Assembly (NCBI RefSeq): GCF_004010195.1
Contig: NC_057726.1
Location: forward strand, 57,500,327-57,564,326
Length of the DNA: 64,000 nt
Source: Chiloscyllium plagiosum
Taxonomy: Eukaryota
Direction of reading: 5' to 3'
Part shown: positions 25,168-37,584 of the stretch, one piece after another
How positions within the stretch are numbered: the first letter of the stretch is position 1
Layout of the letters: each line of letters starts with the position of its first letter
Notes under the pieces: generated by a model
The model's database searches: none
What the model saw: only the letters and a program-made list of their open reading frames with translations
Told to the model about the DNA's origin: nothing
Made by a program: the position numbers and the translations under genes

Positions 25168-27372
25168 TTACTTCCAACCCAACCCAAGCATTGGGCCAGC
25201 CAACTGTTGTAAAATTACAGTGTGCAATCCTGCCCAAAATACACCATGACAGACAAGCAGGAGGAACACAGCAAGCCAGGCAAGCATCAGGAGGTAGAGG
25301 AGCCGACGTTTCGGGTATAACCCGTCTTCAGGAATGGGACAGATTAATATTTTGAAGGTGTGAGACGCATTGTTACTACTTGCAATCTCCACTAACAGAC
25401 GCTCAGTATTTTCTAAGAGGAGAGCCTGCCCAAGAACCACACCACAGCCTGGTAAGTTTTGAACAACAAACTGGGCCAGTGTGTTTTGAACCCATTTTGT
25501 GTGCAGCGATTGGGTTGCTTTGATACCATGTTCATCCAAATCCTACCGTGGAGGGAATTCTGTTATGGTATGGTTGGGACACCAGAGTTTATTATTTGTT
25601 CACGGGATGTGGGTGACGCTGACTCGGTAGGCAGTTATCTGTAAATGTTCTGGGGAAACTAGACGGTGAACTGCCTTTCCGACCGGCTGTTTGTGGTGGG
25701 TTAGGTACACCGCACAGCTCTGTTAGCGAGGGTGGTTGACCCAGCGACGCTGCGGGAACGGCAACGTATTTCCTATAAGAACAGAAATTGCTGGAGAAAC
25801 TCAGCAGGTCTGGCAGCATCTCGGAGAGAAAGCAGACTTAAGATTTTGAGCCCTGTCACTCTACATCAGAACTATATTATCGCGATATATTTTCACAGTG
25901 AAGTTGGTATATAATTTAGGAGCTAATTACTACAGCTGCTGGAATCCTCATAGAATCCCTACAGTATGGAAACAGGCCATTCGGCCCAACAATTCCACAC
26001 TGACGCTCCGGAGAGTATCCCATTCAGACCCATTCCCCTACCCTATTACTTTACATTTCCCCTGACTGATGCACCTAACCTACCCATCCCTGAACACTAG
26101 GGGCAATTTAGCATGGCCAATTCACCTAACCGGCATACCTTTGGGCTGTATCTGTACTGAAAACACAAAAACAATGTCCTCTCAGCGGACATCCATGAAG
26201 AGAGAGCAAGCTAACATTTCAAATCTAGATGACTCTTCAGAGATGACATTAAGTGTGGGGTGGATAGCATGTATGCAGTGGTGCTGGTGCTGGGGGAGAA
26301 AGGGTTGCTGACAGTGCAGATTAAGTGATGGGAATGTGAGAATAGTAGGACAATGGTCTAACTGTCGGATAGAAAGGACAGCTGGTCCCGCTGGAGGGAG
26401 GGGGAAGGGAGAGAGGACATGGTGACAGCGAATGCGATCAGTAAAGCTAAAAGGAAGGGAAGGAATGGGAATGGGTTCACAATCTCAAAGTGTTTCATTC
26501 AGTATCAAGACCAGAGTATGACCTACTGTTTTACTGGGAGAATTAGGGAGTGGAACAAGCCTGTAAATTCAGAAGCACTGAGAGGCTCGTTAGCACAACG
26601 GAGGAGTAAATGGTACTGGGATTAATGATACAAACTTGTTAACCAAGTGGATGGGTGTTAACTTTCCACTCGATCAAACGAAGTGTTGATTTCTTTTTGA
26701 ACATCAGCCAATCGAAATAGTCGTTTTTGAGGGACTTTTAAAAAGATTTAGCCTCAATGTCATTTCTGGGCCGCGGACAAATTTGTGAAAGGCCGTTCTG
26801 TTCCTTACAGCGCCAGTGTATTGAGACTCACTGGGGGTCGCACCTGGTGTGAATATGCGAAGCGCCTTTATTTGACCGTTTCTGACACTGTGCTTGGTTT
26901 AGGATTAAAGCAAGGAGGGTGTGTGAAGTTTGGATGAATGCTAGTTAAAAAAAAAACTATGAGGATTCATGAGGTGCTAGTTCTTCCTGCAGCTGGCTCC
27001 TTGCACTGCAAAGAACATGCAAAGTCTGAGAGTGAACACAGTGCTCTACGTCTGGGGACAGAGAGAGAGAGAAACAGAGACAGAGGCGAGGGAGGGAGGG
27101 AGGGGGAGGCAGGCAGAGATAATCTTTCAGGTTGCTACTGTTTGTCTGAACACAACCCTGATTGAATAATTCTGCTTCTAGCTGCTGTTCCGACAGAGCC
27201 CTGTCCCCACTGCACTCCCGATGTAACCCCATTCCTTCACATGTTTTCGGATGGCAGTTATTTTTTTGTGTGGGCTGTCAGTTATTTTTAAAGTGTTTGA
27301 TCAGCTCTCACTAGCTCTCTCGCCCTGTTTGAATTTAGGACTGTGACACGACCGGGCAAGAGTCTGGCACAG

Positions 27373-27497
27373 GAGGAAGTGAGGACCGCAGATGCTGGAG
27401 ATCAGAGCTGAAAATGTGTTGCTGGAAAAGCGCAGCAGGTCAGGCAGCATCCAAGGAACAGGAGAATCGACGTTTCGGGCATGAGCCCTTCTTCAGG
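27373..27497 (-). mobile_element. Penelope-like fragment with hammerhead motif
   Basis: Minus strand CTGAAGA-A-GGGC-tcat-GCCC-GAAACGTC; flanked by gagtctgg(c/t)aca TSD. Confidence 0.6.
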
Positions 27498-28247
27498 AGT
27501 CTGGTACACCTTGTTTGTAACAAAGAAAACAAACCTGCAGGGAACATGATACGGCAGGCAGCTTCAATAGAGACGGGTGCAGAGCCCGAGAAGGGCTTGG
27601 CATGATCGAATTATCTCCAAGTAACTGGCACAGCATCTCCACACGCAGGACTGCAGCTGCAGATTGAGACATCTACCTACCTGTTAATTCCGCTCTGAGC
27701 AATATTAGTTATTTCCATTTGTTATCTCAATGGGAATAATACAATCTGTATTTCTAGGAATATATCCCATCTCTATTTATTAACAATATGTATTATGGAC
27801 CAATTTCCCTGAAACTTTTTCTCATACATTTAAATCCAGCCTTGCGTGTCTTACTCCGATCCTGTGCAACAATACATAACATTTGTGTTTGTATATCAAC
27901 AAGGAGCAGAAATCCAGTCATGAACATGGCTCCCCATTGCCTTTTCGAAGGGGCGTCTGAGGCGTGGGTTCCGAGCGGCCAGCCCGCCGTTCAGCAATAA
28001 CACGGCCAATGCTCCCTCCCCGTGGATGCTGCCTGACCCGCTGTGATCTCCAGCACTTGTCGTTTTCAGCGAAAACTAATCAATTCGCTGACTGCGGTTA
28101 AGCGGCGCTGCTAATGTGCATTGTACACCTCAACCGTATTGTGTTCAACCATTGCCTAGAGGAACATGGTGAATGCCACTGCACTATAGTCGTCGATTTG
28201 AAATGTTTTACCCTCAGGCTCATTTTTGACATTACCGCAGTGAATAT

Positions 28248-28578
28248 ACAAAGTTAAAAATCACCAGGTTATAGTCCAACAGGTTTATTTGGAAGCACTA
28301 GCTTTCGGAGCGCTGCTCCTTCATCAGGTGGTTGTGAAACAGGATCATAAGACACAGAACTTAGAGCAAAAGGATTGTTTAAATTTGTTTAATATATCAT
28401 TTCAGTTTACACAAACCATTTTGTTATAAATTCTGTGTCTTATGATCCTGCTTCACAACCACCTGATGAAGGAGCAGCGCTCCGAAAGCTAATGCTTCCA
28501 AATAAACCTGTTGGACTGTAACTAAGTGTTGGGTGATTTTTAACTTTGTCCATCCCAGTCCAACACCGGCTCCTCCAA
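28248..28578. mobile_element. Second Penelope-like family, inverted-repeat insertion
   Basis: acaaagttaaaaatcacc..ggaagcactagctttcggagcgctgctccttcatcaggtgg followed by its reverse complement. Confidence 0.65.
28296..28330 (-). ncRNA. Minimal type I hammerhead ribozyme motif (family B)
   Basis: Minus strand cac-CTGATGA-A-GGAGC-agc-GCTCC-GAA-AGCT-A-gtg; plus-strand partner at 28460-28494. Confidence 0.65.
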
Positions 28579-29927
28579 ACAGTGATTATTAAGACCGCGA
28601 CAATTCTGACATCTGGAACATGTTATGAATCAAGTTGAATTTGATTGCAAATTCTGGCATTTCCAAGTGGAAATGTTTTGAGATGCATGTTTGCAAATTT
28701 TGTTCATAAAATATATTTTATCTGTAACTCTTCCACCCCTTACTTCCCAACTTCGAAATGAGAACCTACAGGATTGGGGATCTTGCAATTACCGAATAGG
28801 ATTGACTGTTTTAACACATCGTATGGCCAGAGAAAAACAGCTTCCAATCAATCATTTTAATATTTATGAAGGAATAATTTTTCATTTTAAGGAATAGACG
28901 AATCTAATCACTAGGGCTTATTAACTCAACTATTTAACTCAAACTGAAGAAAAATTACAACGGGCGGCTCCAGCTGCAGAAATAAAAGCCTTTATTTTGC
29001 CGAGAGAACTTACAATGCAGAGATAGACATCTTTTAAACTCTACACACAATCCAGTGCACAGGGCATACCGAACAATGATCAAAACCACTGACTTTAATC
29101 TCTCATCTTGAATGTTTTAACCATTGGTAATCTCAATTTTCAGTTCAAACAACAGAAACATTTTTTTTATTTAAAAAAAAGCTATGCGCTGTTGTAACTT
29201 CTGCCCCAACTGACTGGGATCCTGTGGGATAAACTAGTTTAATTATTAAAACATCAAAACAAAAAAAACTGCTGCTTTGTCTATTGCCCAATAATCCCCA
29301 TTTCTTTCTGTAGTCAGGGTTCCTCCACCAATTCATGTCAATCAACGCCATCAAGTGAGATGTCCTTGTAAATCATCTATATTGTAGCATCCACAATGAA
29401 TTGATGCTGTCTGTGCATCACTGGCTGATGATCTGAGATGTAGCAACTCAAGCTACAGTTTTACCCAGTTCCACCAAAAACAATGTTCTTGAAATTAATG
29501 GTAAGTGCATCAACTACTTTGGAAAGTGGTCGGGTAGTAGAAAATATGCAATGCTGATGAATGGAGGAAACTGGACAGAAAGTAATTTAGCTCTACAGAA
29601 TAAAATCGCTGAGGTTAAAATATACTAATGTTTGCATACAAATAAAATCTAAGATATAGGTTCAAGTATGAAAGGAGTGTGAATAATTCAATAACTGTTT
29701 CAAAGGGCTGGCACAGGCACAATGACATGAATTTCCCCTATTTGTACAATTCTATGAGAAACCAAGTAATATGTGGTTAACTCTGGAAATATAGCAAGTT
29801 GCATGCGGAACACATTCCAATGTCTTAAGGTAATGTCAAAGGGAGTTTTAGTTGAATGCATCAGGGATGGAATGGTGGAAATTACTGTGAACAGTTGAAC
29901 GGATGTGTTGCTGAGTTCCATTCTGGG

Positions 29928-30102
29928 AGAAAGTGAGGGCTGCAGATGCTGGAGATCAGAGCTGAAAATGTGTTGCTGGAAAAGCGTAGCAGTCAGGCAG
30001 CATCCAAGGAGCAGGAGAAGGGCTCATGCCCAAAACGTCGATTCTCCTGCTCCTTGGATGCTGCCTGACCTGCTGTGCTTTTCCAGCAACACATTTTCAG
30101 TT
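29928..30102. mobile_element. Penelope-like hairpin insertion with 17-bp TSD
   Basis: ctgagttccattctggg at 29911-29927 and 30103-30119. Confidence 0.7.
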
Positions 30103-30414
30103 CTGAGTTCCATTCTGGGCTCAGCTTAGTTATTCATTTGTTCTGGCAGATCAAATGCATCTTAGTGCATAGTCTGTGGAAGGATTGATCCAAACAGCAC
30201 TTGCTCATAGCTGGCTGTTTTCATGTAAAATCTGTGTGTTATATTTAGCTGATGACATTATTTATTTTATGTCCTTCTCAGCTGGCTCTGCACAAACTGC
30301 CTTCCTATACACATAATCATTGTCCCTTTTTATTGTTTGAAAAATCTCAGGTGTGCCCTCACAAATTATTTCCCTGAAATATTATAACACTGACTCGGTG
30401 AGGTTTTCCATCAA

Positions 30415-30725
30415 TTAGATTAGATTTTTTTAGATTAGATTAGATTACAGTGTGGAAACAGGCCCTTCAGCCCAACAAGTCCACACCGACCCGCCGAAGC
30501 GCAACCCACCCATACCCCTACATTTACCCCTTACCTAACACTACGGGCAATTTAGTATGGCCAATTCACCTGACCTGCACATCTTTGGACTGTGGGAGGA
30601 AACCGGAGCACCCAGAGCACAGGGAGAATGTGCAAACTCCACACAGTCAGTCGCCTGAGGCAGGAATTGAACCCGGGTCTCTGGCGCTGTGAGGCAGCAG
30701 TGCTAACCACTGTGCCACCGTGCCA
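30415..30725 (-). mobile_element. HE1/V-SINE
   Basis: Near-identical reverse complement of 3473-3741; (ttaga)n tail. Confidence 0.85.
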
Positions 30726-31225
30726 CTCACAATTCTGCACCATCAAACAAGAACAGCAGAATTGTCAAATGCTCATAGGAAAGTGCTGTGCATGATGTGT
30801 TTGCTAATGTACTTTGTGCTGTTCAAGGTAAGGATGTTGGGATAGGGGAAGGGTTGGAGAGACAATTGGATATTTTTGTTGTAATTTTCAAATCCAATTT
30901 CAGCTTTTGGTTTTAATTTGTGAAGACTACACAATTCCTTTACCGAGCACTGCACTCAGCCAACGGTTGCCTAATATTAGGCTACTGTCATTAACATCAG
31001 TTATTGTCATATCATTTGTTATATTTATAACACAAAAGTTCTTATTCAGCAACATTCTTGAGGGGACAAAGTAAAATAAAACTTACTGACAATATTATCA
31101 TTTTAATTAACCATTTTAAAAGATGCTGTTGCATTGGCATGTTAATTCATGTCGAGCTAAGGTTGGAGAACCAACTTCTTGCTAGTAACTGCTGTGCTGC
31201 ATGTGTGCTCACTGCACAGTGTGGT

Positions 31226-31417
31226 TCATTTTCGGCCCTGTTGCTTTCTGAGTTGTGGTGAGGCATAAATAAGTTTGTTGTTTTTCTGTGGGTTTCTTAG
31301 TGGGACGGGGGGACAAGCTGTTTTCTTTTCCACATACTGGTGCTTTGTATCTGTTGAAGGGCCACTGGAATCCATAGCTGTATATGCCATCTTGAAATTA
31401 GTTGGTTTCTGCATATG
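31226..31417 (-). CDS. VJ-C1 receptor gene, exon 6 (cytoplasmic tail and stop)
   Basis: ggcttccag|HMQKPTNFKMAYTAMDSSGPSTDTKHQYVEKKTACPPVPLRNPQKNNKLIYASPQLRKQQGRK*; phase 0 matches exon 5. Confidence 0.7.
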   Translation of the reverse strand, partial: HMQKPTNFKMAYTAMDSSGPSTDTKHQYVEKKTACPPVPLRNPQKNNKLIYASPQLRKQQGRK

Positions 31418-31789
31418 CTGGAAGCCAAGAGTACAAAGGATATCAGCAAGACATTGAACTTGACAGTACCAAAACCTTCTGTGCCCCATAAAGAAATAGA
31501 CTGTACTTGTCCCCAGGCTTTCACTCCCCTCACTATTTACCTGACTGCAAGTTAACTTTCCTGTTAATATTTGTTTGCATGTCCCAAGCACACTGAATTG
31601 CATCTTCCATCAACAAGCCAGGGACTGGATTTGGTGAGCTTAACTAGGTGAGCTGAATAACTTCATTGTTCCCAAACATGCTGCTTGTTTTGGTGTTGGT
31701 GGACATCAGTTCCACCATCCCCTCATTAAATTTGGGGCCATGCCGTGGAGGTACACTCTTGCAGTGTCACTTCAACAAGATACCGGCAA

Positions 31790-32045
31790 GAGAAAGGAGA
31801 AAGATTCAAAAGGACATTAGGGTCAACTTCTTTACACAGAGAGTGGTTCGTGAGGGGAATGAGCTGCTAGAGAAAGTGATGGATGTGAACACAGTTACAA
31901 AAGATATTTGGTTAAGTTCATGAACAGGAAGGATTTGGAGGAACATGGGCCAAATGTAGGCAGGTAGGACTCGTTTAGTTTGGGAACATGGTTGGTCTGG
32001 ACTAGTTGTACTGAAGGGTCTGTTTCCATGCTGGATAAGTCTATA
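31790..32045 (+). mobile_element. CR1 3' end
   Basis: NFFTQRVVREGNELLEKV and CR1 3' UTR. Confidence 0.7.
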
Positions 32046-32480
32046 GAATCATCACAGAATCCCTACAGTGTGAAAGCAAACAATTCAGCCCATTGAGACC
32101 ACATCACCACAAAGGCACCCTATCACTGGATGTAAGTTTGCTCGCTGAGCTGAAAGGTTAGCTTCCAGGTCACTCAGCAAACTTACATCCAGAACCTCAA
32201 CCTGACCTACAAATCTTCTCAAAACTCACTAACCTTATCCCTGAAACCTTGCATTTCCCCTGGATTATCCACCTAAGCTACACTTCCTTGGATAATATGG
32301 GGTAATTTCAGCATGGCCAATCCACCTCACCGACACATCTTTGGATTGTGGGAGGAAACTGGAAAGAAACCCATGCAGACACGGGGATAATATACAAACT
32401 CCACACAGACAGTCTCCCAAGCAGGAAACAAACCCAGATCCCTGACGCTGTGAGGCAACAGCGCTAACTATTGTGCTACC
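32046..32480 (-). mobile_element. HE1/V-SINE with a nested Penelope-like hairpin fragment (~32125-32230)
   Basis: SINE V-domain reverse complement; ctggatgtaagtttgct..agcaaacttacatccag inverted pair. Confidence 0.65.
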
Positions 32481-32658
32481 CTATAACCGAATAGTCGAAT
32501 AATTAAATGTGCATACATATATGTATAATCTCTCAATAAGTGTGAATTATAAAGAATCAATAAAGACAACATCCAAGATGGAATGTCCAAGGAAAAATGC
32601 AGTGAGAACCCTCTCCCGCATTTTTAAAGTATTACAGAGAAGCTAATAGAAAAATTAC

Positions 32659-32696
32659 CTGAACACATCTGTGTTCTCCTCTTTTTCGTCTTCTGC
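32659..32696 (-). CDS. VJ-C1 receptor gene, exon 5 (basic juxtamembrane segment)
   Basis: ctctggtag|(G)RRRKRGEHRCVQ|gtaatt; 38 nt, phase 1 to 0. Confidence 0.7.
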
Positions 32697-33049
32697 CTAC
32701 CAGAGAATAAACAGATTTTAAAAACATGATTTTTAAATAAATTCTCTACCAGATTAGTATCAGACAGATCACAAATTGTCCTTCAATGTATAACTGCCTT
32801 TGACACAATGATTCATAGCAACAATCCACTTTTATAATCCAATCCAGGAACCATTCAATGAATGTGTATGACATCACTCTGTTTCATTTAATTTAACAGA
32901 TCCCAGTGCTGGAGCAATCAAAATATTTTAGTTTTTAACCAGATCACTACTGATTGCTGCCACAATTTTCTTTTTGCTGCCAATTATTTCTCATCATTAT
33001 GAATACAGTCAGAGTAATGTGAGTCTTATTATAATTACTGTAATGATAA

Positions 33050-34690
33050 GAGTATGAAAAAAAGGAGTAGGAATAGGCCATTCTGCCCCTTAAGCCTGGT
33101 TTACTATTCATCGGGTTCATTGGATGATTTACCCATGGTTCAACCCTTTTTCAAGCTAGTTCAGCATACCGTCAACACTGATATTTCAAAAACCTGCCTA
33201 CCTCCTCTTTAAATGCTTGCAATGATCTAATCTCTACAATTCCCTGAGGCTGGGAATGCAAGCACGTCCTGTCCTCTGAGAGAGGAAATTCTGTTGTATC
33301 TGAGTGTTTCCTTATTCTGCAATGATGTCCCCTAGTTTAAGACTCCCCCATTAATGGAAACATCGTTTCGACATTTACCCTGTTGAGACCCTCAGAATCT
33401 TGTACGTTTCATTAAAATCACCATCATTTATCGAAACTCTAATAAACAAAGCCCTACGTGCTGAGCTGTTCTTGATAAATCAATCTCTTTATCCGAGGAA
33501 TCAGCCTGCTAATTCACTTTTGAACAGCCTCCAATGGCTTTATACCTTTTTTTATAAAAATACAATGGCCAAAACTGCATACAGTACTCCAGATGTGGCC
33601 TCACAGACATACTGTACAGTTGTAAGAAACATTTCCTGTTTTTAAACTTCAACCATTTAACAATAAAGGCCAAAATTCTCTGATTTAATTACTTTCTGCA
33701 GCTGTATGCTAAATTTTTCAGATTCAAGCACAAGGACATCCAAATCCTTTTGTGCTGCACTTTTATGGAGTCTCTCTCCTTTTGATTCTTCTCACCAAAA
33801 TTTTATTTCCCTATATTAAACACCATCAGCTATATTTTTCCCCATTCTCTCAACCTCTCTGTATCATTTTGCTATTCCTTATGTCCTCATCATAACAAGC
33901 TCTCCCATCTATTTTTGTAACATGCACAAATATCAATATGTTACATTCTGCCCCCTTCCCAACTCACCAATATAGACAGTAAATAATTGAGGCACTACGA
34001 CTGAATGTTGTGACAATCCAAGAGCTTTGTTTTTCCAACCTGAAAAAGAACTATTAATCCTGACTGACTTCAGTATGTTAACCAATCCTAACCAATGTTA
34101 TATATTATTCCCAATACCACAAGCTCCCATTTAGTGCAATAACCTTTTATGTGGTACCTAATTTAATGTCATTTGAAAATTTAAATACATCTTAACAGTT
34201 CCCCTTTATCAACTCTGCTTATTGTATTCTCAAAGAACACCAGCAAATTTGTCAAACCTGATTTTCCTTTCACATAACCATGTTGATTCTATTTGATTGT
34301 GTTAAGCTGTTCTAAATGCCCTGCCATTTCTTCTTTAAGAATGGACTCTGGATCTTTCCAATGACAGACATTAGAAAAACTGACTATAGTTTCTTGCTTT
34401 CTGGCTCTTTCCCTTCTTGAATAGGAGCAACTAATTTGCTGGAACTTGCTTGGAATCCAGTAATCTCTGGAATATTTTGATGAATATCTCTGCAGCCACT
34501 TTCTTTAAAGGCCTCTGATGCAGGCCATCAGATCCTGGTGCTTCTAGTCCCATTCATTTGTCCCTTGCATTAGAAACTGTTACAAAATCTTTCCACCCAT
34601 ATCTTGCTTATCTGTTATTTCCGGGATTTTTATAATGCCGTCCACTGTGAAGACCAATACAAAATATTGGTTTGAATGGTTGGCAGAATA
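33050..34690 (-). mobile_element. Old decayed CR1
   Basis: Reverse-complement CR1 3' and RT motifs (caaaactgcatacagtactccagatgtggcctcac etc.). Confidence 0.6.
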
Positions 34691-35424
34691 CCTGATTCTT
34701 GCTCTGCAAAAGCTTGCCACAATCAAACAGAGTCAACATGGTTTTGTGAAATGGATCTCATTTGATAAATTTGCTAAAGTTCTTTGAGGGGCTGATAAAG
34801 GGAGTCTGGTAGATGTACTGTGTTTAAATCTTCTTATGGCATTAGTTTGATCTGTGATTTCCCACTTTGCCATTATCAATTCCTCAATCTTTGCATTTGT
34901 TAAGTGTAGAATTTACTGATTTTTGAAGGCCTAACACTTTGAAAAGGTGAGTAAGCATAGATTTATCTGAAGACTTACAAAAAAACTGCAGGATTCCAAG
35001 GTGGCAAACCTGGGTATATTACATACCACTTTTTTTCTATCATACCCACCAGTAACAGGACAGAATTAGACTACAGTACTGCAATGTGCTAGCTGTAATG
35101 TCAGGATACTTAATGCACCACAAGTAACTATCTATGGCATTGAATCATTCATTCACCCTTGCATTAATTGAAATGCCAAACCAATTATTCCATTTATATG
35201 TCAAACTGACAATTGACTAATGGCGTAAAATAATTGTTGTTTATCTATAGAGGAGAATATTAACTTCCTCAGTGTTGTATTGATTGTTCTATTCATAGTA
35301 CTGGTGTTTCAGCCAAACATAATTCATTTGCACTATCGCTTCAATTCACTGTAATTTGTATTTTAAAAAATTGTGCATTGAAAATTCTACATTTAAACCG
35401 ATTAGCAAAGTACAATATGCTCAC

Positions 35425-35532
35425 CTCTGCAGAATTTACAAAGTATTATTGTAATAATCAGAAGCAGCAGGAGGAAAACCCCACTCCCGACAGCGATATA
35501 GATCCACCAAGGCAGAACACCTGAGTCTGGCT
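35425..35532 (-). CDS. VJ-C1 receptor gene, exon 4 (transmembrane)
   Basis: ttttgcag|(E)PDSGVLPWWIYIAVGSGVFLLLLLIITIILCKFCR|gtgagc; 108 nt, phase 1-1, no charged residue in the helix. Confidence 0.85.
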
Positions 35533-37584
35533 CTGCAAAAGCTCAAAGTGCAAATACAGAATTCAATGTGATAGCAAAATCGCACCACAGGAAATGTGTG
35601 AACAATACAACATTTTGCATACTTCAAACTCATACACTCCAACACTGATACATTGAACAAGAAGGTGATTTAATCTGACAATACCACATCCTGATAAGTA
35701 AACATAGTGGTTGTAAATAATACTTACTGGTTAGAAATATATATGTATCATAAAATTGTCAGGATGACAATGGAACAATGGGTAGAGGAGAAATACTTTA
35801 ATTGACCTTTTCTGTCCCCTACTATTCTAACTGTGTCCTTATTCACTGCAAAAGTCTTCTCTGTGACAAACTTGCATTTCCCCATTTATGGACTGAATAA
35901 GCTCATCATTGATGTTGGTCCTTGTCTAGACCTGAACAAGAGGAGCTTCTTTTTGACCTGTCTGCACTCTCTGTCCCTTCAAAGGACTGAAGGCATTGGG
36001 GTTAATGTCAACATTTCTCTCACAGAGCTGCACTCAATCTCAGCTTTCACAGCTACTGTAACTGATCAACACCATTTAAATTTGATCAATTTCTACTTTA
36101 ATTTCTGAATTGTGGTGGCAGGAGTTATCCCAAATGCAGAAATATTGTGACCTTTAAGAGCCATCAAGTTTGTGAGCAGGCATTTAGCAAGCTATTTCTC
36201 TGCTAAACAAATATCTCATGCCAAGGCACAGATGTAATAATGCACATTACGTTGCAATCCTGTTGAAGCTGCCTTTTTTTTATGACTGGAACTTACAAGT
36301 TTGCTTCAATTGCCTTTTTTTGAGAGATACGAAAATAGCTGGACTTTAAAAAATCTTGCTTCAGCATAAGTGAAAAAAAGGGCCTTTGAGAAGGGAATTT
36401 TCCAAGGCAAAATAAAGCATTATCTGAATAGCAAAATTCTAAAGAATACAAACACAGCAATAAAGACGGTTTTTAAAAAACATTTAGATTTGTAACAAAA
36501 TGAAATTGCAACTCAAAAACTTCAAAACTCATCACAAATGTAATTATTTCTAGTCTCATTAACAATATGCTCAGCCATAAAAACAGCAGCTAAAGTTATC
36601 TTGCAAAAATTAGCTGTCTCTTTGAAACTATTTACAATATTAATAGATTACAATTAAAGATTCTTTAAATAATCACAGATTTCAACATAATTATGAACAT
36701 TGAAGAGATGCCTGGCATATGTTGTCTGATTAGCTAAAAAAATTAGAAAACTTGTAATATTAATAATAATTATAACAGAATCAGCTTTTTTACGAGGTAA
36801 TGGAATTTGCTAACAGATAGCCAGTACAATAGAGAATAGAATTCAAGCAGTCCTTAGAGATAAACAATGTGGGTATGATCAAAAAGTGGACAGCCAGCAA
36901 CTTTGGAATGCAGCATAGAAAGATCCTAAGGCCAAGCGATTACAATAATTGTTAAACATCATTAAAAAATTAAGAACTTAAGACTGTCCATTGATCAGGT
37001 GTTCAGTAACCACATTGATTATTGTAACACAATATATAAAAATATTGCTTTTTACTGTAAAATCAGAGTGCGTCATTGATCTCTTTTCCAATCGGAGCTG
37101 AAGATTAAGAAAATGATTATGTTCTCACGCCAAAGCCAGATTCAGGGAAGATGTTTTGGCCATTCCCCTGTACTAGCAAGTTTTTGCTTGAATAAAAGTC
37201 CACTATGTGCCTGTATCCTGTCTGCCTCCCAGTTTTTCTCTCTGGTTGGGGGAATCTCTCTCCTACAAATCCCAAAATAGAATGCTGCAGCAAAAATTGG
37301 GGTTCGTGATGGTCTTCATTTGCTGAAGGAAATGAATTAGTTTGAAAATGAAGATCATCCAAGTGACTTTGAATGAAGTAGCTGGTGGGGAACGTAAGCC
37401 CGTGTTAAGATACAAAATATGGGTTCAATTTCACTGGGTCCTTTCCATTGGCTGGAGGAATTTGGTCAAAATGATATTTTTTTTTGGGCAATGCACCTCA
37501 TTTCTATGCCTTACACGGACTATTCCTCAGAGATGGCAGAATGGGAAATTGGTATTGCTGCAGGTCATAAACCCCTCAAGACAT

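Noticed and set aside
35436-35660. Cys-rich 74-aa minus-strand ORF
   Set aside because: Wrong frame over the TM exon; the spliced frame gives a clean hydrophobic helix
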